From Octopus bimaculoides (Eukaryota), in NCBI RefSeq assembly GCF_001194135.2, contig NC_068982.1:143827405-143891404 (forward strand): a stretch of DNA of 64,000 nucleotides, given 5' to 3'. The notes below the pieces were generated by a model. It did not search any database. It was not told where the DNA came from and saw only the letters and a list, made by a program, of their open reading frames with translations. Each line of letters begins with the position of its first letter. The stretch's first letter is position 1. Positions 50,721-61,440 of the stretch are shown here, one piece after another. The translations under genes and the position numbers were made by a program.

Positions 50721-51988
50721 TAACGTCTTTGGCGCCTTTCTGTCATCCACTTTATGGCTGTCGTCGCTGTCAGTTTCAAAAACACTTTGGTCATCATTGA
50801 CATTGTTCTTAACATTATTTCCATCATCATCATCATCATCATCATCATTATTATTATCATTGCATTTCTAATTGGCTTCATCAACATTAGGAAAAGTTTG
50901 ATAAAAATAATGATTATTCATAATAACAAAAGTCAGACAAAACCTATAACCCCTTAACGACTTCATGAAAAGTTACATTTTCAATTTCATTCTATAACAT
51001 TCGCAATACTTTTGTATAGCAATTCACAGCCACCTGTTCCCTGTGTACATAACAGATTGGCTACAGAATTTGATTACACCTGCTCCGTTTTCCTTCTCTC
51101 TGCTAGAATATGAAGTTCAGTTTATTACACACCGCATGTAGCTCTGGTTCTATAACAGTAACAGAGAAGAAAAACACTTAATCTTTCTAGCCCATCGGCT
51201 GTTTTGTTGAGCATAGTCAATTAAGCAAACGAATAGTGTTTAAGAGCGATGGAACAAAGAGTCAGCAGTGAATGCTCTGATACAGGTCACAATCTTTTCA
51301 TGCACGCACGTGCATATTCCACTTATCTCGTTTATTTATTTGACTACAGGCATGGAGAGATGGTTGGGAATATTCTCTTCGTAATTACATGGTTTTTCTT
51401 GAACCCGAAACCATGTAATTACGAACCTATCTTACCACGCAGTTACTTTCAACGAATGCATTATGCAATAACCTCGGGCCTACCCAAGCCATGTGGAAAG
51501 TGGATAGGCTGAATCTTTATGCTGAGAATATGATGTGACAACGTTTGCCTGGCCATGTACTAAATTACCAGTTCAAGCACATTGCTAAATTAAACTATCG
51601 AGTATAACGAAATACATATGGCTGGCTTTAAAACGTATTAGAACCATAAACCGTATTAAAATCTAACATATGCGTATTAGAACCTAACATGTGCGATTAA
51701 ATTTGAATGCCTTAAAGATATTAGAATAGTCTCGTTTTATCAAATATGTCATGAACTACTGATGAACGACTATATTACACAATGATAGATATTCGTAATA
51801 TCAGTTATTATAGTAAAAAAAAAAGAATTACAGTTATTATAGTGTCGTGTGTGTATTAATATCTAGTGGATGTCAGCATATCAGAAACTACCAACCACCC
51901 TGCACTATATTTAATTTGGACTATTCCAAAATCAAGATTTTTTTCCATAATACAGTGCATCCACTGGTAAGCTCTACTTTCCTAATGA

Positions 51989-52490
51989 TATGAGACTAGA
52001 GTAGAAAGGGATCTAGTTAAGACATTAGAAGAGGCACTGAGATCGGGCTCTGCGTCACAAGTGTTGGCGGCGAGATCGGCACTAGACCGACACCTCAATG
52101 CCAAACACGAAGGATGCAGAGTCCGGGCTAGGATGCGTGCAATGGGCCGTGAAGGTATCAACGTTGCTAGATGGGCTCGCTCGGAAGAAACCCGACGTGG
52201 CATCAATGTTACGATTGGGTCTTTGACAGACGAATTCGGACAGAAGATCCAAGGACAGGTGGAGATATGTGAGGCCTTTCACAAGCACATTGCCGCGTTG
52301 TTCAGGAGGAGTGGGACGGTGGACCATGGAGACACCTCACAGCGTTTTCTGGTCGGCGGTCCGCGTCTTTCAGCTCGTGATGCTGAGCGCTGTGAAGGAC
52401 CAATCACAGCCGAGGAGATCAGAGAGGTACTGTCCGATTGCCCCGGGGACAAGTCGCTGGGTTTGGATGGTCTTCCTTACGAATTTTATA
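51989..52490 (+). mobile_element. Tx1/L1-clade LINE ORF2 internal fragment (endonuclease-RT linker up to RT domain 0)
   Basis: Stop-free frame YETRVERDLVKTLEEAL...GCRVRAR...EICEAFHKH...LF...RCEGPITAEEIREVLSDCPGDKSLGLDGLPYEFY. Contains the hallmark 'PIT..EI...L...K(SP)G.DG.P.EFY'. GC-rich relative to its flanks. Confidence 0.92.
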
Positions 52491-52677
52491 GTAAGTATCA
52501 TTATATGGAAGTATCAGTATTGAACATTTTCCTAATGATGTTTTCACACCTAGGTGAACTTTGCCTGCGAGAGAGAGATATTTGTGATATAGCTACAAGC
52601 AGTGCTTCGGATCATATATGAACTGTGTAATTTCGAGCCAAGAGGCAAACATCTCCCCTATCAATTCCACAATCAGT

Positions 52678-53237
52678 GGATCTTTTTTAAAACGGGGGCC
52701 ACATTTTTCATTAATGTTTTACGTAGTGCTTTTGGTACCGAAAGACTTTCAAACTTCGTATACTTATCTATTTTGTGTTATAGAACAGAAAAATATTTTT
52801 GTATTCGAATTTATTTCATGTAAAAAATTGTCTTATTTCGATAATTTCAACCAATCACTGACGTCCATTCAGCCGATATACATTAAGTGCCGACTACATA
52901 AACAAACGATTCTTCGTTTTATTTGCTTTTTTCATTTTAAATTTGCTTTAACCCTAACCCTAGGGTTAGGGCTAGAGTTAGGGTTAGGGTTAGGGTTAAT
53001 TGTTTCAGAATCGTTTGTTTATGTAGTCGGCACTTAATGTATATCGGCTGAATGGACGTCAGTGATTGGTTGAAATTACAGAAATACGACAACTTTAACA
53101 TGGAATAATTTATGGATTTCTTTTTTTTTAAAGAAGACTAAGAGAAAAAGATGTTTTATATGACACATTCTACCAGTGTTCCAAGTTTCAAAGTGTTTCG
53201 TTAATGAAAAATGTGGCCCCCGTTTTAAAAAAGATCC
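52678..53237 (-). mobile_element. Same MITE family, copy 2 (opposite orientation to copy 1)
   Basis: Perfect 37-bp TIRs (52678-52714 / 53201-53237). Exact 8-bp TSD CAATCAGT at 52670-52677 and 53238-53245. Near-identical to the reverse complement of 10330-10905 except for one inner arm and the telomeric core. Confidence 0.93.
52948..52999. repeat. Interstitial head-to-head telomeric repeat inside MITE copy 2
   Basis: TTAACCCTAACCCTAGGGTTAGGGCTAGAGTTAGGGTTAGGGTTAGGGTTAA; about 2 C-strand units and about 6 G-strand units (one degenerate). Confidence 0.95.
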
Positions 53238-53259
53238 CAATCAGTTGTTTGATAGTATA

Positions 53260-53488
53260 CGATAGGGTGCTGAAAAGTTTCTGGTTGTAAGGGTATCACG
53301 AAAGCCTAGTTGGAGGCCCAATCTTCCGTGTTCTTTTACAGGGTTGAGAAAAACTGAAAGACTGCTGCTATAAGTGTGTGAATCTGAGAGGGGAATATGT
53401 TGAATAAAATTATAATTAACTGATCCTCCTGTATTTTCTTTTACCAAAAAAAAAAAAAAAGAAAACAGTAACTTTTCAGCAATCCCCG
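53260..53488 (+). mobile_element. mariner-derived MITE
   Basis: TA|CGATAGGGTGCTGAAAAGTT ... AACTTTTCAGCAATCCCCG|TA. Internal sequence retains a mariner transposase C-terminus (KCVNLRG.YVE*). Confidence 0.8.
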
Positions 53489-55349
53489 TAAGATACTGAT
53501 AAGAATTAGAAGTAAGAACTGAATAAAAAGTTTTAACATTTTTTTTCTTTTTATTAAAGTTTTCCTAAAAATTATGAGACAAACGGTATATGTTCACAAA
53601 GACAAAGATGTCGGTACTCGAAAGTAATCATGATTTGGGAATTATATAAACTAATTCTAAGCTAAAGCTAACTGTTGTGTCTCTTTCATCTTTATCTCGC
53701 CAGGAAATATGAAAAATTTGTTAACCTTTTTTAAAAGTTAAATATGTTTCAACGTTTCAGTATGTACATAAATAAGTACGGATGTGTGTGTGTGTAATAT
53801 ACCATCAGCTCTGCATGATGTGTCACATCTGTCATTTGACAAGATAACAGCTATTTCACACACAAATCCATAAACTAAATCGAGTTCGTGACCTCATGGG
53901 AAAAAAAATTCTAATTTCGATTAAGGTATCTACTTGCAAAACATTTCATTGGCCATAACTGATTTAATCACGGAATACCACTCCTAACTTCATCCCGGTT
54001 TTCTATTGCCTTATCTCCAAGACTTCATCTAATTTATTTATTTCATCTTATTTCCTCATGATTGGTATATCTTTTTTGCACCATACTTCCACAGCTTGTA
54101 AACATTTTCTCTAAATTTTTCGTAATTATTCCTGCACTCATGATAATCGAAAGATTTTCTCCTTAAACCAATTTCCTTTTCATTATCAATCGTGAATGCC
54201 AAAGGTTTTGTTTTCCAAAGCTCAAATCATTAACTTTTTTAAACAGGATTACATAAAGCATTCGTATACTGAATTATACGGTAGGAAACATTGCTTTCCG
54301 TTTCTTAGGTACAAATACCCTACATTTCAGAGCAAGGAAAGTTAGTTATCAAGGTTTTTTTATGCCTTTCCCCTAGCATATGTACAGTAAAATGGCTTGA
54401 AGTGTTGATTGAAATGTACTTCGATCATGACAATCCCGGGGCTTAGGTCTTGCCTTACGGTGCTCACCATCCATCATCATCATAATATTCAACATGTTTC
54501 CTTTCAGAGATATTTTATAAATGTATGAAATATAACATGTGCGATAGTCGAATTTCTGAAAATTACATAGCAACGGGGATTTGACATCGTTTTCAACTCG
54601 AGTTGTTACAGCTGGAATTTCTTTCTCACTCACTCTCTCTCTCCCATTCGTGTGTGCGCGTGTGCGCGTGTGTGCGTGTGCGCGTGTGTGTGTGAGCAAA
54701 TAAACAGCGGAACCTATGTCTATTCTGCATCGGTGAAGTAACATCTCATAAGGGAACAGTTTATCAGCAACGAAAGTCTTGTGAACTTATGACAGGTTTG
54801 TTTATTAAGGAATAAATAGTCTGCTGCTGTGTTACATTCATCAATTTTTTTTTTTGTCGTGTCTTATCTGCGAAATACCAGTTGTTGCTTCCATGACACA
54901 TATTAACAATATTAAACATGAAGCCAAAGAATACTCCTCGTATAAATAAGGATTTCGTTTCTTGGACCTGCGACAAGTTTGTATACTCGATGTAATATCT
55001 TGAATGAAAAGTAAATCAATTCTAGTGGGTTTTGAACTTCACATACAAATACGAGCGAACGGAATAAATACCGTAAAGCATTTTGACCAATACCTTCTTT
55101 TTGACGTTCCATAAGTAATAATTTAATTCAAATCAGAAAATCAGGGATTTTAGAAATGTAATAAGAAGTTGTGTTTTTTTTGTTTTTTTTTTCTTAATAC
55201 GTACGATTCTTCAGCGCTTACCATTCTTAATAGAAATAATTTCTCTTTTTAGAATAACCAAAAATAAATTCAAACTTACACAGAATATGGGAAATTGGAT
55301 GCTATGAAAGTCATATTTTCCTTAAGGGCATTATTAGTAAAGTAAATAA

Positions 55350-55550
55350 GGCGGCGATTTGGCAGAATTATTAGAGAGTCGGACAAAATACTTAGAGGCA
55401 TTTCTTCCGGCTCTTTACGTTCTGAGTTCAAATACCTTCGCGGTTAACTTTGCCTTTCATCCTTTCGGCATCTGCAAAATAAGTACCAGTCGATGTAACT
55501 GATTTGCTCCCGCCCCTCAAAATTGCTGGTCTAGCACCAAAATTCGAAAG
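55350..55550 (+). mobile_element. SINE family A, near full length
   Basis: GGCGGCGATTTGGCAGAATT...TTACGTTCTGAGTTCAAAT...AACTTTGCCTTTCATCCTTTCGG. Confidence 0.88.
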
Positions 55551-56093
55551 AATTACTAGTGATTATACTAATAGAGTTTCTGTCAGAAATTGAAACCGCA
55601 TCGCATACATTGCAATCTTTCCATTTATTGCATAGGACTAATGCGAATTTTGTTATATGTAATGAAATTTAGGTTTCATAATAGAACTTTTAAATGCATT
55701 CGAGAATTTACCCGAGTTTCTTCTCGATTTAGAATTCTGCAACAACAAAATTAACAACACGGCACTGAGAATGACAACTAGAAATAGCTGATTAGATTTT
55801 TGCCCTCATTTGATGTCATCATGACAAGTTGTGCTTTTATACAAATAGCATCTTTTGGAATTAGTTTAGAATCAAATATTCCTTGATTCTAATTCTTGTT
55901 TTACCTTGTTTTCTACATGAATAATGTTATACTGTATTACCATTCTGATTTGCAAAACACCTTCCATTAGCGAAATTCGGGAGCTAAATTAGTCACCTTT
56001 TCAATTTTTATATGAATATTGTAATGGTTGAGGTAGACAGGTCAAGCAGGGAGGGGAGGAAAAATCTACTAAACTACACATTATACATCAATC

Positions 56094-56135
<42 letters not shown>

Positions 56136-58367
56136 TACATATCGGGAATCAATTTGAAGAAGAAATTACACAAGACAAAATCTAGTAGCAACATTTAACA
56201 TTATGATTTTGTGTTCTTGAGAAAGAAAAACACTTCGAATGATTTTGTTAATCTTTTTTTTTTCTTTTTTTTTTTTTTTCTAGCAAAAATAGTCCATTTC
56301 CATCATGTCAAAAGAGTGAAGAAATGGAAGTGCGGAATTCTGATTTTTATCTTAAATTTCATTATATATGTAGTATTTCCGCCAAAAAAAAATGTATTAG
56401 CAGCTTTTAAACAAAGCGAAAGATGTTTATAGAATGACAACTTAGAATAAAAATTTTAACACGTACATTCGCTGTTCAATCTTAGGTTAATAGAAAATAT
56501 ACTTAAGTATTGGTTGCATTGCCATCAAGGTGATATGTCGGAAGTTTATAACTAGCAGCACTTTGGCATTTCATCTCTCTTTATACCCTCGGAAAATAAA
56601 CAGATGCTTGTATATTATTTAGTATCAGGTAAACATAGTTATTTGGCTAAGTTCTTTTCACAATCGAATGCATCTGGATAGATTCGATCCCACAACCGTC
56701 ATGCTGACCAATAACTTGTATGGGAATTTGGTTAACTAGAAACTCTCTCTGGTTACAGTCTTCTACTGTAGCCAGAGACAGTTTAGTGCCATTGCGTAGA
56801 ACCTTTGTTCCACACAGTGAATAAACAGGTGTAACAAAAAGAAAACGTCGAATTTCACCCTTTACCTCAAAAGTTATCTAAGCCATTCTATAAACAGATA
56901 TCGATAAAATAAGAACAAGATTGTATATAATATGAAGGCGATGCTCCAGTATGGCGCAGTCTGACAAAAGCTAGTATGTGTGAAAGAATGTTCTTTCATG
57001 CAAATATATGAAATATCTAAGTTATTGGTGAGTCAAATATGCATCTTTTATATCAACCACATTTGAGCAATCAGATTTATTAAATGATCTATACAATATT
57101 AATACACAATAGTTTTCATTATTAGCAACATTACTCGAGCGTTAATCTCTGCATAGATTTATCAGTTTTCTAAATCACTCGTCGCATTATTTAACCAATG
57201 CACGTTTTATTCCTTTACACTCTCTAGATTTACTGTAATCCTTCTGAAATATTCGCTTGTTCTTGACATTTTGTGATGAGACTGGTTGTAGTTCCGAAAT
57301 GACCAGAATAAGTTGGTAAATCAGATAACAAAACATAGCCTGAAAATAACCATATCAGTAGAATCCAACAAAACTAGTTGATGTTCTACATCGGGAAAAA
57401 GCAATATAAATTGCTTAAACGGTGAAATAAATTTTATGCTGTCGGCAAAAGATGTCTTCACTTTTTAAGCAGTACTAACGTCGAATGGAGATGAAACGTC
57501 AACTTATGTTAAGGATAAATAAATCCTTAGCATTTCCTCCTACTTTGATGAAATGTTTTGTACACTAGTTGTTATCCCCCAACAATCGTTTGTAATGTAT
57601 TCCTCAAGAAATATAAATTTCAAAGTTAATTCGTAAACAATAGGTGAACACAAGCATGTTCATGTGGTTAAGAATCTTGCTTCACAAATACGTGGTTTGG
57701 GACTGGATCTCACTGGGCGTGCCCTAGAATCTCTATACTAATTGTAATCCTTCTAAAACACTGCATCATTCTTGTTGATACACTGGCAGCAGTAATGGAA
57801 TGTCCAGAATAGTTTCGTACACCAGCAGAAGCAGAAATGAAAAATCAGACAATAAACCACAGACCGAAAACATTTAAATGAGAAGAATATTGTAAGCTAG
57901 AGTTCATTCAAAAGGTTTGGATTGACGGAAACTGTGAAAGCCTGTAGGATGAACTGAACCTGATAAGTTGTAGTTCTACCTTCTTTTTCTCTGCTTTCTC
58001 AGAGACTTTGCGAAAATTATAGGCGCGATTCATGTATCTTTGATTAAGTCATAAAAAATAACGTTTTCCCCACTTCTTTCACTTGGTTAGTTTTCATTTT
58101 ATCCATTATTGAAAGCAAACAAAAACGCAGTGAAAAAGATACTTCAAAACCAATNNNNNNNNNNNNNNNNNNNNNNNNNNNNNNNNNNNNNNNNNNNNNN
58201 NNNNNNNNNNNNNNNNNNNNNNNNNNNNNNNNNNNNNNNNNNNNNNNNNNNNNNNNNNNNNNNNNNNNNNNNNNNNNNNNNNNNNNNNNNNNNNNNNNNN
58301 NNNNNNNNNNNNNNNNNNNNNNNNNNNNNNNNNNNNNNNNNNNNNNTCTTGTTTGCTAATTCTTTAG

Positions 58368-58477
58368 TTATGCAGAAGATAGCATAAGAGAAAAAATCTT
58401 TGAAGACAATGTGGAAGAGTCTACCAGACACAGACACTGGATTACGCCCTTAACAAGCCATGCATTTATGACTTCGA
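58368..58477 (+). CDS. Candidate exon with partial ERFNIN (papain-family I29 propeptide-like) pattern (unverified)
   Basis: Acceptor GTTTGCTAATTCTTTAG|, open frame YAEDSIREKIFEDNVEESTRHRHWITPLTSHAFMTS, donor CGA|GTAAAC. Confidence 0.2.
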
Positions 58478-58734
58478 GTAAACCCGTTTATATTCTTTAT
58501 TTCAATGTTCTGTCTACTTTTGGATAAAATTGATTTCTCTGTAGACGTATCAATAATTGTTATAAGAAAAGAAATTTTAAAATATTCTTTAAAAGTTTAT
58601 TTTCTCCATATTTAAAACAAAATAGAATTCAGATTTCTTACATGACCCAAGAAATGGCGCTCCATCATTGGGAGAAATTCAAGGAAACCTACTTGCGCCT
58701 ATATAGATATATTACACCAACTGCATTAAAAACT

Positions 58735-58938
58735 CTACTACTAATCGTTTCTACTACAGGCACAACGATTGAAATTTTATGGGAGGAGATAAGTCGATTA
58801 CATCGACCCCAGTGTCCAACAAACCCGAGAGGATGAAAAGCAGAATCGACCTCGACTGAATTTGAACTCAGAACGCTAAGTCGGAAGGAATGCTGTAAAG
58901 CATTTTGTTAGGCTTGGTAACGATTCTGCCAGCTCGCT
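58735..58938 (-). mobile_element. SINE family A
   Basis: AAGTCGATTACATCGACCCCAGT...TTTGAACTCAGAACG...CGATTCTGCCAGCTCGC. Confidence 0.85.
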
Positions 58939-58979
58939 ACAATAATAGATTTCCAAGATCTTTTCTGTTTAGCTTTCAC

Positions 58980-59320
58980 TTTTGAAATTTAGCTTTTAGG
59001 AGGGGCACTTCTCTATTGTTTGCTTCTAATACCGAACACAAAGTGACCTCTAGTACTAACTCTAGACTGACAAACGATGCCTTGACATTTTTTGTTACTG
59101 AGACAGAAAATGTAGTGGAGTTGCAGTCCTCGAAGCTGCAACTGGTGTTACGACTGGTGGTGCTTCTGGAACAGCAGTCTTTCAACGCTACTCGGCTTCT
59201 TTTGTGTTCTCCAGGTCTTCTGGACAGAGAAGCCTTCAAGTGGCCTTTACTGCCACATGTTTAACAACTGGGCTTTCTGTCTTGTATTCTCAATGAAGGC
59301 CACATTTTGGAAGGAACAGT
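58980..59320 (-). mobile_element. Decayed LINE ORF1 (gag-like zinc knuckle) remnant, Tx1/L1-like
   Basis: Minus strand reads PSC*TCGSKGHLKAS-(frameshift)-CPEDLE..., a broken CX2CX4HX4C knuckle, followed by a low-complexity Ala/Pro/Thr linker (KTAVPEAPPVVTPVAASRTATP). Confidence 0.6.
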
Positions 59321-60639
59321 AGATCATTTCCACACCAATATCTAATTGGCATTTATTTTATCCCCGAAAGGATAAAAGGCAAACACAATTCCAGCAGTAA
59401 TTAAATCAAGAAGATTGGACACTTCATTTATTCACTGCCTTAATTATAGTTATAATTTCTTTATTTTCCCCAAAGAGCAACACAGTATAAAAAGAACATC
59501 CAAATATATAAAAGCAGATAAAAAAAAAATTCGCTGATCGAAAATTCGGTAACGAACGTGAAAATTCTTCAAAAGCTCAATGGCGTTTTATTCACTGTCG
59601 TAGATAGATTTATCGGAACCACAAAATCAAGAACATTCTATCTTGCAATTAAAACCGTTCCTATATGTAACTATAGCTTCAAGCCCCGTAACTTAGAGTA
59701 ATTAGTTCGATTTGTCTGATTGTTTTTTCTACTTCATAGTTTATCTTCTGAATAAATTCTCTGCTCCTTTTTGAATTTATCCGCAAAACGGAATCTCAGC
59801 TGCTCTGCCAAACATCAAATCTAATTCGCATTCACTTTATATTGTGCTGTATCTTCACACATCATCTCTTAGTTCGCCATAATAGATTTTGCAGAAATCT
59901 GTCTGCCTCTGAATAAGCAGACAGTTAAAACCATGTATGTGATAATCCATTGTAGTCTTGTTGAGATAATAGTTATGAGGGGTGAGGCACAAGATTGTTT
60001 ATCTCGATTGTTTGTACTTTGTCTAGGTCACCCTCCCCTTTTAAGTGTGTGTGAAATAAAGAGTACAAAAGGGAATCGTTTCTAAGATTTTTTAATATTT
60101 ATTTTCGATTTCTATATGAAAAGAAAAAGGAAAAAACAGGAGTGTGAAATACACGATTATTTCTGGTAAAATGTGTTTAATAAATTTATAGAATTCCTTC
60201 TCATCGTTTGCCATTCCAATACTTGTTACTATGATTATTTTGGGCATATTTCTTTCACGAAAAATAAACATTTTGAAAGATTTCGATAAACATTTCATTA
60301 CTTTTCGCATCCTTTCTTCCACCATAGCCCCCCGCCCCGACCAATCTACGCACACTTTATAACAACTTCTCTCTCTCCTCTTCCCTGGTTCTNNNNNNNN
60401 NNACACACAGCCACGCTACAAACATTCGACCGAATTCTGTCATAAGAAAGAAATAATTTGTTTTAATCTCATAAGAAAATATTTCCCCGAATAAAATAAA
60501 AACTTATCAAACGACTTTTTTAATTTAATATTTAATTGAATATAAATTGCAATTCAATGACTGAAGGTAGTAAAAAATTTTTTTAATATTCTTCAATTTA
60601 TGCTTTCTTTCTTTCATATATATATAAATATAATAATTG

Positions 60640-60845
60640 GTTTCAAATTTTGGCACAAAGCCAGTAAGTTCGGCGGGAAAGGGTTAAGTCGATTACATTG
60701 ACCCCAGTGCTTAACTGGTATTTACCTTATCGACCATGATGAAAACCAACCACGGTGGAATTTGAACTCAGAATGTAAGTACGGACGAAACACTACTAAG
60801 CATTTTGTCCTGTGTGTGCCAACAATTCTGCCAGTTCACCGCCTT
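60640..60845 (-). mobile_element. SINE family A
   Basis: TTTGGCACAAAGCCAG...GGAATTTGAACTCAGAATGTAAGTACGGACGAAA...ATTCTGCCAGTTCACCGCC. Confidence 0.88.
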
Positions 60846-61271
60846 ATATGTGTGTGTATTAGAAAAAGGGAGTAGTCTAGGCAGATATCTGTTAAACTAT
60901 TGTTTCAATAAGTTGGTCGGGTAATAAGAGATTCATAGGCCCTTCCACACTGTAAGGATTTTGATGATCAACTTAAACATTAGTTTGACGGCAATGTCTG
61001 CAGGAAATACATGGATAGGGCTGGAATTTTAGAAAATTGCTTTCTTGAAGCAGGGGTGGGCGAGTTAATTAGTACGGATTACTGTTAGATTGTTGTTGTC
61101 TGGCCCCAAGTCATTCCTGATGGAGTAGAACTATGACCAAAAGTACTTGTCTTGACATACCGCCATTTATTCAGAAACAGGATATTTATTACATTAACTG
61201 GGTTATTAAAAAAAAAGACTGTACCGTATGATTTTAGGAAGATTTGGTTGCTATTTTTAGTAAGTCGTATA

Positions 61272-61440
61272 AGCTGGCTTAATCGTAACAGCGGCGAACT
61301 ACCCGTCTTTCGGTTTTTCTTTTCTTTCTTTACTTCCCAAGTTCAAATCTCGCCAGAACCAACTTTGTCTTTTATCTTTCCATAGGGTCGATAAAGTATC
61401 AGTCATATACTGGTGTCGATTTAATCGACTATTTTCCTAC
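61272..61440 (+). mobile_element. SINE family A, diverged
   Basis: CGGCGAACT...AAGTTCAAATCTCGCC...AACTTTGTCTTTTATCTTTCCATAGGGTCGATAA. Confidence 0.7.

Noticed and set aside
58976-59264. Cys/Ser-rich 87-aa ORF and its antisense 82-aa ORF as host genes
   Set aside because: Better explained as off-frame readings of a decayed LINE ORF1 zinc-knuckle region.
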